Shown here: positions 36,791 through 49,901 of the stretch, one piece after another
How the letters are laid out: every line of letters begins with the position of its first letter
Numbering within the stretch: the stretch's first letter is position 1
Source of the DNA: Takakia lepidozioides
Lineage: Eukaryota; Plantae; Bryophyta
NCBI GenBank assembly: GCA_030704615.1
Contig: JAKLZA010000356.1
Coordinates: 4,905-68,904 of the forward strand
Reading direction: 5' to 3'
DNA: 64,000 nucleotides
Notes under the pieces: model-generated
Told to the model about the DNA's origin: nothing
Seen by the model: the letters and a program-made list of their open reading frames with translations, nothing else
Database searches by the model: none
Made by a program: the position numbers and the translations under genes

Positions 36791-36940
36791 CCCCAGAACT
36801 GCTTCTGTTGGATCTCAGTTTGAATGGAATATTGCCTCATTCCAGGAGTTTTGGGGTGCATTTCATTACACTGCAAAAAATAAGTCTGATACAGCAAAAT
36901 GCATTTGAAAATATCCATATGGAGGATTCCGTTTGCCCCA

Positions 36941-39900
36941 TCAATGATTTCTGGAATCCCTAAGAAGGAGTTTGTGCAGCTCGTTCACGCTCAACGCCGG
37001 TGCATGAATAAAGTCATCAATAGTCACGTTCATCCTCAACCTCTTCAGGTAAATGTAATACAGATGCTTGCACGGATAATACTTCGAACCCTTCTTTGCT
37101 TCCATCAACGAGAAGTCCGTACAGTTGCAAGTCGGCTCCACTCCAATCGTAATTGTGTATACATCGTCGCGTACAGCCGAGCCGGCCGTTGCCATCCGAT
37201 ACACACGCCCAAGGCCGGGTGGGGGTACGTCCACGGAGCTCTGAATAGTGCAAGCCATCCCAAGAGCATTGGCAATCCGAGTCTCATTCAACTTGTTGGG
37301 AGGGTGTCGTCTCTTCACTCTTCCGAATCGCATTGTGGGATGTGCAGAATTGTCCAATCCGTCTCTACTGGACCGAGCAGTATGCAATGGCTGGGTCTGA
37401 GGAACCGGAAATGCGTGGGCCGGGATGTCTGTGCGTTGCACCATTCGAAATCCTGCTGCAGATAGAGCATCCGCCTCATTCTGAGAGAGGCTGCAACCCG
37501 GTGCAACAGGCCAGACGCCCGGAGGCTCCGGCATTCCCTGAATCCCGTACTTGGGCTTGCCAAATACACAGGTCATTATGTCGTGCCTACAGAACCAAAA
37601 TGTCTGCGTTGTGGCGTGAGCAAATGTGGGAGTCAAAAATCTGCCGCTGAAACAAGGTGCAGGTACAGCACCGTGTGGGTTCCTCCGAATCATCTCACCA
37701 CAGCGTGCTCTCGTATCCACCCGGATGGCGCAACACTTCCCTCGAAATGCCGGCAATGTCCTCGCAATTCTCCACTGTGACTCCGACACTCTTGTCTCCA
37801 CAATGGGAATGTTGTATTGCTTTACTACAGATGGCTCGTTATGTTGCCGGGGCACGCGCCCTGTGCTCAAAGGAGATGGCGATCTTGAACGTGCAGGACT
37901 TCCGGTGCTCGACGAGACCTCCTCGGACAACATCACCGGACCACGAGGGAGCGTGCGAATATTCTTGTCAGCTCGCCATGAATCCTCTTCTCCGCCAGGT
38001 GCCTCGTCAAGTCTTCGTCTCACTGGACGGGTATGAACATCTCCTTCCAAATGTTGGCCTCTTCGCAGCAATGGCGTGTCCCGAAGGCCCTCTCGCAAGG
38101 CCGCCGCCCACTTCCGAGGATTCTTCGATCTGGAGGCAGTCCGCATCAGCATTTCCTGCCTGTCCGGCCCCAAGCCCCACTGTTTCCCTTTCAAGAACTC
38201 GTTGTACCTGCATTGCTGCATAATTGACCTCACAATGTCCTCCGTTGTGGCAGTGAGGATGTCCACCAGATGCGCCGCAGAGGAGGCACGCCAGGAAGAG
38301 TGCACTGATTCGGCCATGTTTGTCGTGGGCATGTCGGTGTCGGAGTCGAGACACATTTCCTGCACAAGCACATGTTGAGGTTACAAGCAAGTTACAAATA
38401 TGGCCAAGAATAATATCCAACGGGACGCGAATTCGTGCAACTCACCTCCCGCATATAGTCGCCGAACTGGAGGAAACGATAATGCCACCATGCTAGCCAA
38501 CTGACCATTGCTCCTTCGTCTGATTTCCTTACAGCACCTGACGATGTCCACCAAGCCCGTATGCATGCAAACTGTGTCTCTGCATCATCCAAGGTGGGAG
38601 CGCGCTTCCACGCAAGGCACATGGAACGGTGCTCCTCTCTGAAATCTGGCGCCACGAGCCTGGTTGTGTACTGCGAAAGGCTCTGCAGAAAGTGGAACCC
38701 ACAAGATCTCTCCTTGCCTTCCATGGGAACATTGGGGTCTTGCCCGTACACCCTTCGGATGGCAGCCCAATTTGCTTGTGCGTTGTCCGCCATGAAACCA
38801 CGGAAATTGAGAGGGGGCAATCCCGCCTTGGCCATCTGTTCGTTTATTCCCTGCCAAAGAAGCATCTCCGATTGTGTGTCCTCTCCTTTCATCTCACAAA
38901 TAGCAATTGTCATTAGCATCCTGCAGTGGGTGTCGTAGACATGTGCACCCATTGTCACCCACTGGTGATTTGTAATTCGCTTGATATGGTCGAACATGAC
39001 CCAACTGTTTGACAAGTTCCCACTCGTCATCCTGTCGACCAGTTCGACGCCACTGCCAGGTCCACACGTGGACATTTTGAATACGAAACAACGATCTGCC
39101 TCAGTCCCTTGTCCTGGAAACCTACTTCCATGAATGTAGTCATATCCACATCGTCGCTTCACCTCCAGAATGGAGTGCATATCCGAGCCACGCCCAATTT
39201 TCTGTTTGCAAGAGACAATGTGGTTTCGGACATTCGGTGAACATACGTGGGACACCGACTCGAGCAATGCCTCCATTTCCTTCTCGTCGAGAGGAACTCT
39301 ATCCGAGCCGTCTTCCGACATAATTCTGGCCAATGCCATCTTATGGGCGGCTTGGAGCTGTATCTGTTTGGGTTTGGCACCCGGTCTCAACTTAACCTCC
39401 TCCTGAACGAGCTGCTCTGCTTCGTGGGCAGCCTCCCGCGAGTTCCCCCTCGCCAATTTGTGACAATGGGAACCAACGTGTATGCAAGCTCGGGTGAGGT
39501 CAGGGAAACGGTGCAACACATAGAACTGCTTGGCATTACAAACAGACATGCAGTGTGGTGGTTCTTTGCAATGCGCACACTTAAATGTGGAGTTCGGAAC
39601 CTTCTCCTGAGCTCGAAATGGTTGGTGAGCTGTGCCTGTCCAATCGGTCTCGTTCCTGTGACCTCTGGATTTAAAGTGGAAGCAAGTTGGGGAGAAACAC
39701 CGCAACGCGCCCGCACAAACAACGTAGCGCACCCGCACACCATCAAGCATCTTCATGCTGGTGGTTTTGGTAACGCACCAAGGATGACCGTCATGTTTTC
39801 TATCCATATCTGTCAACATTCCGGACGCCCTCGAGTAGTCCGCCCGAGGAGGGAACTCAAAGAAGACATTACCGTCGACGTCGGCGGGAAGGCATGTAAC

Positions 39901-40532
39901 CGATTTAATTGCGAACTTGCTGTAGTCCAGCCCGGCCAGCTCCGACCGGTGTCCCTCCAGGTGAAGCCCTCGCAAATTTCTAGAATAGATCGAACTGCGG
40001 TGCTCGTGCTGGGAATATGACTCCCTCCTCCACTGACGTCCATTGAGGACTTGCCTGATCTCCAGGACGACCTCGGAACTTCCATGACCTCGTCTGAGTC
40101 GGACAGGTTGTGAACAACCCGGTTCTCGGTCGTCTTCATGGATGGGTTCGGCTCTGGATTTACTTCGTTGCGGACTTCTCTCTTTGAGGTACCCACTCTC
40201 TGATTCGCGGATTGTTTCGTGGAAGGCGCCAGGATAGACGGTGCATTTGGCGGGCAAATGAAGTCCCCAACAGCCCTGTATATGACGCTGTCCGATGGTG
40301 GAACTCGCCATTCCCTGCCATCGCCGAAATCATCGTGGAGCACAACAATACTCTCGACAACAAGGCCGTTTGAGTCCTTCCTTTCCTCCTCCAAAAAAAC
40401 CGACCCCGGTTTCAGGTGGTATCGAACGCACAGATATTTCTCCATCACCCGGCAGGTGTCCCCTCTGCACGGAAATGAAGCTCTATGCTCGTGAGGAGGG
40501 CAGTACACTGTAGCGCTCGGGTTTTCCGCCAT
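36941..40532 (-). CDS. MULE-family DDE transposase with Cys/His-rich N-terminal domain and C-terminal SWIM finger
   Basis: WVMFD, FMADN, SCGFH (CxxH), TTNMAESVH; SWIM TCNCTDF..PCKH. In-frame GT-AG intron 38445-38360; frameshift near 39980; start inferred at MAENP (40532). Confidence 0.82.
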
Positions 40533-40829
40533 GGGAGATGTGCACACAAGACTGCCAGGATGGCGTGCGGGGAAGCTCCCTGGTAGAAGGGGGTGCAGCG
40601 ATGGGAATGAATGCGATGCCGATTTGTCCGAGCGACGAAGCCTGATCCAAATCCAGGGAGCCAACTATCTCAAAAATCCACAGTCAGAGTGTTAATGAAC
40701 CTTGTCTCCGGAATGCGGCCCCTCGTCTTTGCGCAATAACTGCCAACGGTATGCAGTCAGAAAGTGGGGGGCCGTCCGGATGATGACGGCTGAAGGGGAT
40801 AAGCCGGCACCGTGCCGTCACATTACTAC

Positions 40830-43110
40830 CCCCGAATGGAAATTCGGCACCCAACATCCAACAGAGGAAGCCCGGATGAAGTCGCCTCGGGCGCAGAGGC
40901 CGGAGTGTGTGCGACAGATAACATCTTCTGGATGGAGATTCGGCGCCGAATTTCCATCCGGTCCCCCCAAAGGGAGTCGTGTCGGGGGGTCAGGCCGAAA
41001 ACTGGACGGCATAAAAACATCCCCAGATGGAAAAACGGCGCCGAATTTCCATCCGGGGCGATTCGGATGCAGTCGGGGAGGGGGGAGTGGCCTGCAGTTG
41101 GCTGTCACATTTCAACCCCCGGACGGAAATTCGGCAACGAATATCGAACAGGGGACGCCCGGATGAAGTCGCCTGGGGCACAGAGGCCGGCCAGTGTGCG
41201 ACAGAGAACATCCCCTGGACGGCCATTCGGCGCCGAATTTCCATCCGGGCCCCCCAAAGGAAGTGTTGTCGGCGTGTCAGAGCGAAAACTGGCCGACATA
41301 AAAACCTCCACAGATGAGAAAACGGCGCCGAATTTCAATTCGGGGCCGTTCCAATGAAGTCGGGGAGGGGGGAGAGGTCGGAACCTGGCAGTCATATTTC
41401 AACCCCCGGGACGGAAATTCGGCACCGAATATCCAACAGAGCGGCGGAGAGGCGGCACCTCTCCGACAGAGACCATCCCCCGGATGGAGATTCGGCGCCG
41501 AATTTCCATCCAGCAGGTAAGTGGAATCTCGGATGGATGGAGATTCGGCGCCGAATTTCCATCCAGCAGGTAAGTCGGATCGGTGCCATATGGATATTCG
41601 GCGCCGAATTTCCATCCTGCAGGTAATTCGAATCGTGGATGAATGGAAATTCGGCGCCGAATTTCCATCCAGCAGGTAAGTCGGATCGGTGCCATATGGA
41701 TATTCGGCGCCGAATTTCCATCCTGCAGGTAATTCGAATCGTGGATGAATGGAAATTCGGCGCCGAATTTCCATCCAGCAGGTAAGTCGGATCGGTGCCA
41801 TATGGATATTCGGCGCCGAATTTCCATCCTGCAGGTAATTCGAATCGTGGATGAATGGAAATTCGGCGCCGAATTTCCATCCAGCAGGTAAGTCGGATCG
41901 GTGCCATATGGATATTCGGCGCCGAATTTCCATCCTGCAGGTAATTCGAATCGTGGATGAATGGAAATTCGGCGCCGAATTTCCATCCAGCAGGTAAGTC
42001 GGATCAGTGCCGTATGGATATTCGGCGCCGGATTTCCACTCGCCATTTATTTCTGAGCGAGGAATTACCTTCGTGCAGGTAATTCCCATATAAGAATTAC
42101 CTTCGTGCAGGTAATTCGCATACAAGAATTACCTTTGTGCAGGTAATTTCCAGATGACAATTACCTTCCTGCAGGTAATTCCAATCGATGTTTATTCCTC
42201 GTCCAGAATTACCTGCACAAAGGTAATTCTCATCTGGAAATTACCTGCATGAAGGTAATTCTTGTATGTGAATTACCTGCACGAAGGTAATTCTTATATG
42301 GGAATTACCTGCACGGAGGTAATTCCTCGCTCAGAAATAAATGGCGAATCGAAATTCGGCGCCGAATATCCATATGGCACCGATCCGACTTACCTGCAGG
42401 ATGGAAATTCGGCGCCGAATTACCTGCTTGAAGGAAATTTGGCGAACCGCCCTACCTGCGCGGATGGAAATTCGGCGCCGGATTTCCATCCGCGCGCATC
42501 CGAATTACCTGCTTGAAGGAAATTTGGCGCACCGCCATCCTACGCGGATGGAAATTCGGCGCCGGATTTCCATCGCGCGCATCCGAATTACCTGCGCGGA
42601 TGGAAATTCGGCGCCGGATTTCCATCCGGACGCATCCGAATTACCTGCGCGGATGGAAATTCGGCGCCGGATTTCCATCCGCGCGCATCCGAATTACCTG
42701 CTTGAAGGAAATTTGGCGCACCGCCCTACCTGCGCGGATGGAAATTCGGCGCCGGATTTCCATCCGCGCGCATCCGAATTACCTGCTTGAAGGAAATTTG
42801 GCGCACCGCCCTACCTGCGCGGATGGAAATTCGGCGCCGGATTTCCATCCGCGCGCATCCGAATTACCTGCTTGAAGGAAATTTGGCGCACCGCCATCCT
42901 ACGCGGATGGAAATTCGGCGCCGGATTTCCATCCGCGCGCATCCGAATTACCTGCGCGGATGGAATTTCGGCGCCGGATTTCCATCCGCGCGCATCCGAA
43001 TTACCTGCTTGAAGGAAATTTGGCGAACCGCCCTACCTGCGCGGATGGAAATTCGGCGCCGGATTTCCATCCGCGCGCTTCCGAATTACCTGCGTGAGGG
43101 AAATTCCGGG
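40830..43110. repeat. Central intergenic palindrome arrays (287-, 53/106- and 85-bp units) around a large inverted repeat centred at ~42193
   Basis: Repeated GGAAATTCGGCGCCGAATTTCC and AATTACCT-N6-AGGTAATT. Confidence 0.92.
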
Positions 43111-43694
43111 ACTGTTTTCGTCTATTTTCTTCCGACATGGAGGGCTTCATCCGACATTTAATTGCGCAGTTGGGCAATAAATGTCGACGGCCGTCGCTTA
43201 TTATTCGGGCTGGCGACGCATGGCTTCCTGGACACGTACCCTAAATCTCATGCTATACTTGGCTTAACATGGTATTCCAGGCATGTACCCCAAAAAAGGA
43301 GATCTTTTTGGCTGGGACTTATGCCGCCTGAAGGGCGTGGCTCTCCTGAGAGAGACCTCAGATCCAGACCGCGGCGGAAGTTGAAAGCTCTGTACTACGG
43401 ACGACGGCCAATCTCTCGCATGGCCAAACTGAAGCTCCAGCAGGAGATTCCAGTGTCTTGCTCACAACCTGCGCCAACTGAAGCCGAGTACTCTCAGGCA
43501 AGCCACTTCTGCTTTCGGTTTGTTCGATTTCTTTTTTGCTTTCGCTTCGTTACCTCGCTTTGTTTCTGCATCTTCATCCTGGCTTTGCTTTATGAGTGAA
43601 CTTTAGATAGTTGACTGAACCTTAGATTGTTTGCAATGCGTGTGCAAATCCGGCAGCTCTGGAGAAGGCTGCTTGTGCATGTCATTCTTAGGCA

Positions 43695-46600
43695 ATGGTT
43701 GCATTTGTTTTCATTGTTGTTGCATGGCTCTCCATACTTCCTAAACTTGTTATGTTTTCATTTTTGCTACATGATTGCTGCTATGGTGGTTGCGCTGCTG
43801 CTTTTTGCACCACTGTTGGTGTTCACGATTTTTGTCAATCACAGAGTGACGACGAGCCCGGCACGCTGGTGGTATCATCGACAGCTCCAACTCATCGCAT
43901 GTTTGAATCGCCCAACTTGGGGCGAGAGGGCAAACTTAAATCTTTTGTTGGTGGACGGGAGGACTTGCAACGAGATTACGATAGAGTAGGCATTGGGGAG
44001 GTTGGTGCAGGCGGCATGGCAGGTGAAGGGCGTGAGGACATGAGGACAGCAGATCCGGCAATGGAGGTTGTTCATGCACATGCAGTAGGGCCCGCCCACG
44101 CAAAGAAAAAGAAGAAAGCTAAGCACATGCAATCCCCGGCGAGAGAGCAGTCACGGGCTGCGGAGGGGGGAGTGAGCAGTGCGCGCGAGGGTGTCAGTTC
44201 GCCTCAATCAAAGGTGGTCGTCCTGGAGGGCTCCCCTGTTGCTAGCCCTAGTAAGAAACAGAAAGCCCGTGAGAGGGCAAAAGAGAGGGCAAAAGAACAG
44301 ACGAGACAGAATGCTAGCAAGGAGGAAAGACAAAAGGCAGCTGAAGAGGCCCGGGGTGCCCAAATGACAGATGCCAATGTAAGCGAGGGACACACAGAGA
44401 CGGTGGATCCCTACAAGACACCACAGAGAGGCAGTAGCACACCGGTTAGACCATCGCGGGCAAGTGCAGCCCCCGCAATTACCCATACGGTGGAGAGTGG
44501 AGGAGAGGAAAGAACACCTGAAAGAGCACCGATTGTGCAAGTTCGAGGTGAAGCCAGGGAGAGGGCAGTAGAGACGACGAGAGTGCTGGAGGTGGTTTCG
44601 CAGGTGGCTGACCCTGTTGAGGAGGACGACATGGATGTTTCTGACCAGGATGACATTCTCCCGGACATCCCCAGGCCCCAAACCCGGAGCATACAGGCTG
44701 GATTTGGCGGTCTTGGTGGGCTGCCGGAAAACCCCTCTGCAGCAGACGTCATGTCTGAGGCGGATATGAAGTTGGCCGCTGCCAAGATGTTGGAGGCAAC
44801 CCACAGCAACATTGGCAGGGTGCTGGGGGCATGGTGTACCCGGCCAAGCTTCGAATTCCCCTTTGCCGCTTGGTGTCATTGCAGGTGGTGAGACCTGCCC
44901 TCCCAGGCGATATCGACAAGCTGAAATTCTCTTTCCGGGATGGATATCGAATGGGGTCTGCCGCCTTTTACGTTTCCATTGAGAACGACCACGGAGCTTC
45001 CCGTGCCCACACTTCCGATGAGGTGGACAAATGGGTCCCCATTGGCAAACGCGAAATGAGGAGTTCGAGAGATCGATTGCTAGTGATCCTCTTTTCCAGC
45101 ACATGTCCGGTAAGATGTTCTACGTGTGGGACGGCAATCATCGCCTCCTGGCATGGATGGAGCACATTGCCCAAGCCCACCCCAACGATCTCGATTGGCA
45201 TTTCGCCGTCGATTGTGTTGTGCTGAAGGTTGCGGGGCCCAAAGATCGCAGTCTTCTCAAAGCTGCAATGGCCGACATCAACTCGTAAGCTACAACCCCT
45301 CTCGCTTTTGGACTTTGAATTTGGAAGTCATTTCATTGCGAATCCTCATATATGATGAAAATTCCCATTTCAGTATTGTTTGATGGAAATGTGGCACTGC
45401 AGGGTGACTGAGAATGCCTTCATTGCCACCAACTTGTCCCATATGCTCTTCCGAGTGAAGGATGTCGGGAGGCAGGGGGTGGAAGAGTTTGCCAATTCCC
45501 TCAGTGCCGACCTCCTGCGCAAGTCGGAGGCAAAGGCAGACAGAACCTGGTATAGGCTGAGCGTCGACGCCATGGTGGACTACATATTTCGGGTAAAGCT
45601 CCTGCAGTTTTGTTGAGCTAATTTGTCTCTCCTCCCCCAATAGAAGAAATTGTGTTGAGCAGGATCTCTAATCTTATGTGCTGCTTTTCGACAGACGAAA
45701 ATACAGCAGGATTTGGCACATGCGCGGAGGTTCTACATGGAGTCAGAGGAGAAGAATCCAACCCTCCCGGAACTCGAATCGTATGTCAAAGCTGCGGAGG
45801 TGAGGGCCCGCATAAAGTACAAGTCGCGGATGGTAAAGTACGTGGCCATAGCTGATCCCGCCCTTGGTGCCGACTTTCTGGTGGAGGTGGGAAAGCACTA
45901 CTCTCGCGCTCTGAAGCCCACGATGACATTGGAGAAGCTCCATCGTCTAGCCACATCCTGTGTGGATGCAACAGAAAAGGTGATACATTCTTAACCAAAT
46001 TGTGGTGGCAACAACTCCTTTTTGTGGTGTTTGGCGCTTACGAATATGCTGGGTGGTTGGACAGACCCGGTGGCTCCAAATCTGGAATGGTTCCCAAAGT
46101 ACCAGGGACATGTGGAGCTTCCCCAAACCGGACAAACTCTCTGACCCCACATTCGACATGTGGATGAACCGCATGACATGGTGGTTTCAGGTACTTCCCC
46201 ACGCTTCGTTTGGGGCTTGTACTCTAGTAGGGGGTTGATTCATTGTATTTTTTGAGGAAAGCGATCTGATGGACAATCTCCACAGGTGACGACGAATGCG
46301 CAAGAGCAGCTGGACACACAAGCACATCAGTTCAAGATGGAGATATCTCCTGCAGCAGAGAGCCTGCGTGACTATGTGACGAGGTACTTTCTGCTCTACA
46401 AAACCAACCTATTCTTTCGGGAGATAGCAGATGCTCGCCGGAGCCACGAGTTCACCGACCAGCCGAACGCGGACAAAGCAGCAATGCGCCTTCTGTACAG
46501 GTACATACGCGCTGCCTTTCTTTCAAGTCCTGGCATTTCAGGATGTTAGAGGCCTAAGTGGTGTTAGGGAAAATGGCGCCGAATTTCCAGTCAGGGCTCC

Positions 46601-49600
46601 GAAAATGGCAAAGTCCCTAGACTGGCTGGCCCGGAACTGGAAATTCGGCGCCATTTTCCAGTTCCAGGCCCTATTGCCGTTCAGGGACTTAGCCATTTTC
46701 GGGCTAAGTCCCTAGTGTGGCTGGCCCGGAACTGGAAATTCGGCGCCGTTTTCCAGTTCTAGGCCCTATTGCCGTCCAGGGACTTAGCCATTTTCGGGCT
46801 AAGTCCCTAGACTGGCTGGCCATGAAGTGGAAATTCGGCGCCATATTCCAGTTCCAGGCCCTATTGCCGTCCAGGGACTTAGCCATTTTCGGTCTAAGTC
46901 CCTAGGGTGGCTGGCCCGGAACTGGAAATTCGGCGCCGTATTCCAGTTCTAGGCCCTATTGCCGTCCAGGGACTTAGCCATTTTCCGGCTAAGTCCCTAG
47001 ACTGGCTGGCCCTGAAGTGGAAATTCGGCGCCATATTCCAGTTCCAGGCCCTATTGCCGTCCAGGGACTTAGCCATTTTAGGTCTAAGTCCCTAGGGTGG
47101 CTGGCCCGGAACTGGAAATTCGGCGCCGTATTCCAGTTCTAGGCCCTATTGCCGTCCAGGGACTTAGCCATTTTCGGGCCAAGTCCCTAGACTGGCTGGC
47201 CCTGAAGTGGAAATTCGGCGCCATATTCCAGTTGTAGGCCCTATTGCCGTTCAGGGAGTTAGCCATTTTCGGACCTCATTGGGTTTTTCATGAATGCAGG
47301 TACTGTAAGTTCTCGCTTTTGGAGAAAGGTCATCTGTCTTTCGAGCCACCATTCTTCCTGGCATGGAGGAACCCTGGGGCTGACTCCATGTACACTGACG
47401 ATATTGTGAAGGAGTGGCATCTGGAACATTTGCGTGATTGCCCTTGGTATGTGGACCTTCCGCCCGGCTCGCTCGACCCATCCGAGTTTCAATTGAAGCT
47501 GGATGCTGAATTCCGACGAAACCGGGCTCCGCTGCCTCCGTTGGGTGCAAAAGAGGCAAAAGCGCTTGCGAACTCCAGGAAAGCGGCAGAGCTTGCTCAG
47601 GCAGGAATTCAAGAGAAATTGCATGAGAAGAGTAAAGGTCAAAGGAAAAGGACAAGGAAACAGGTGACTGCAGTAACACCCAAAAAGAAGAAAACCATCG
47701 GGGCATCGGAGGAGGCGCAGGAGGGGACCCAAGAGAGTGACTCCGACGCCGATTTTGTTCAAGGTCCTGCGACTGCTGTTGCTCCTACCCAGTCACCGGT
47801 CGTCCGGGTTCCCAAGTCAGTTCGGAGTGGGACTGGCTCTGCCAAGAAGTTGGCATTTGAGGGCGAGCCTACACGGCGGTATTCGGCGGTGACGTTTACG
47901 CACAGGCCAAAGCTAGAACCTCCAACCATCATCCAATGCGTCAATGAGAGCTTCCTTGACGCTCTCGCTGCCAGGGCGAAGAAGGTGGCACACAACAAGT
48001 CTCTGGCGGAGCAGAAGGGAAAAGCCAAGAAGAGGGCTGCCGGTACAGAGCCTAAAGACACCCCTGGTTTTGAAGCCATGATGGAATTCTTCACGGCTGT
48101 GAGCACGAATTGCAAGAGCACTCGGGGGGGGGTTGAGGTGGAGAGAGCTTGCGACATGATTCTCCTCGACATTCCAGATGGGGAGCTGCTGGAGGGCCTG
48201 GATGGTGTGCCCACCTGGAACAGGTTTACTGAGGACTACTGGAAAGCCGGGTTTGGGCTGGCGGGGATGCTTCTGGATGACGGTGGATGTGTGGTTGTCC
48301 TTGCCACGAGAGGGAAGACCACAGAGAATGCGGTGGCAAGGTGGACACCGAAAAGTGTCACCCCGGTCCTCCTCAGAAAATGGTTCTGCATCAGTACGCA
48401 GGGGTTGCGAACAGAGGGCCAAAGTGTAAGTTATCAATCTATTGCATTCACTTCATATTGTGGTGTATGTTAAGTAGACCCTGGAATTGATCCCTTCTTT
48501 GTTGGATGTGCAGACATTGGTGTTTGAGGCATATTGCTTTGTGAAGAGAGGGTCTACGTTCAAATTCCGCAACGACGGTCGTCTTGTTGATGCCGCTGTG
48601 GACCCTGTAACCTACGATGTCCTCTACAACTATGTGCCCCACTCTAGTATGCCGAAGGACACAAAGACAGGCAAACCGTGGCGGTACAGCCGGACCCGAA
48701 GCCCTGCTTTCATCCAAACCCTCATGGAGACGTGCTCGGATGTCCAAGGGCGGATTCTGGACCTCACATGCGGCACGGGTAAGCCTTCACGTGCTCAGTT
48801 TGTCCCCTGGCCCCATTGCAATTGCATGCCGCAAGCTATTAACCGCCCGCTTTGTTCCTCAGGTGCTTCAATGTGGGCAGGGACGTTGTCCGACAGGCAT
48901 GTGTTCGCCTTCGAGCCAGATACTGCCCTCCACAACTCGGAACTTGCAGCGGCTGAACGTCTGCCGAAAGAGGAAGAGGCATCCTCGGAGGATGAGGAAA
49001 AATCCGAGAAGGAGCAGGGGGAGGAAGTTGGGATCGAGGCCGAGGAGCCCCCGGTTTACGAGTGAGTGGTGGCATTGTAAGTTGCCTCCAGATTTTGTGA
49101 GGCACCTCCCTCCGCTCTCTTATTTCATTGAAAACCCTTTCTGGTTGTGCTGGTATTGACATTCTTCAAGTGGATTTGTTCTTACTGTAGGATGCCAAGT
49201 ACTGCCGGAGGGACGTCTACACCGGAGTTCATGGGCAGGAGGAACGTGCCTTTTTTTGCCAGGGGAGATTTCATGCCTAGTCCAGAAAGGGAGTACATCC
49301 TGCCTACTTATGCTGCCCGGCTTGCTTCGGTGTCCATTAGGAGGTGTTCCGAACGTAGTCGTGTACAGCAGATTTTAGACGAGGCAAGCCTCAAGAAAAT
49401 GAAGATGAGGGAGGAGGCAGCAGCTATTAGAGCCCGTCGGGCTCGTAGATTTGTGTTGGATTCTGCTGAGGAAAGTGGGGGAGAAGACGCAGAAGATTCC
49501 CAGGAGGTGAGGTGGACAGTCCCCCAAGGAGAGGACGGGATTTTTGAGAGGCATAGTGGAACTGATGCATCACAGAGCTCGGAGGATGAGGGGGATGAGG

Positions 49601-49650
49601 GGGATGAGGAAGAAGGTGGGGCAAGTTCCTCGGAGGGTGTAGGAGAGTAG
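43695..49650 (+). CDS. Multi-exon accessory gene: ParB-like domain plus beta-class amino (N6A/N4C) DNA methyltransferase-like domain
   Basis: YVWDGNHRLLAW (DGNHR 45130-44); DMILLDIPDG (DIPD 48168-79); LLDDGG; ILDLTCGT|GASMWAG..FAFEPD joined in frame by intron 48779-48862. Other GT-AG introns at ~45286-45402, 46501-47299 and 49062-49190. The 5' exons are uncertain. Confidence 0.72.
46570..47275. repeat. Intronic tandem array, 95-bp unit (190-bp dimer), one AATTCGGCGCC site per unit
   Basis: GGCGCC at 46647, 46742, 46837, 46932, 47027, 47122, 47217; units are internally palindromic (CTAAGTCCCT...AGGGACTTAG). Confidence 0.92.
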
Positions 49651-49813
49651 TGCCCATTCCGGCTATGACAGTTAGAACACACTTGTATAGACGTGGCTTG
49701 CCACAAAATTTGCAATAAAATGTTGCATTTTAAGTCCACTGGTGCCACATTCCAACTTCACATGACCCTATTTCCGTGCCTCCTAACCCTATTTCCGTGG
49801 ACTCACAATGGTC

Positions 49814-49888
49814 TGCTCATGCTTTTTTTTTTTCCGCTCATGCTCATGCCGCTCATGCTCATGCCGCTCATGCTCATGCCGCTCATGA
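49814..49888. repeat. GCTCAT(GCC) subterminal repeats at the right end of the DNA transposon
   Basis: Visible tandem; the motif also occurs at 36374-36403. Confidence 0.8.
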
Positions 49889-49901
49889 AATAGCAGCCCC
49901 C

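Larger units (their letters stand above)
36347..49901. mobile_element. 13,555-bp Mutator-like DNA transposon without TIRs, two divergent genes
   Basis: Boundaries defined by comparison with uninterrupted PLE copies (AACTTG|GATCGAAGG); encodes a MULE-type transposase. Confidence 0.85.

Noticed and set aside
41277-43161. Repetitive ORFs (MEIRRRISI...) and a CRISPR-like look of regularly spaced palindromes
   Set aside because: Spacers are themselves repeated, there are no cas genes and the context is eukaryotic; the ORFs are repeat translations.
36347-49901. Helitron or Replitron identity because there is no TSD
   Set aside because: No HUH/Rep or helicase motifs and no TC...CTRR ends; the transposase has MULE DDE and CxxH signatures.
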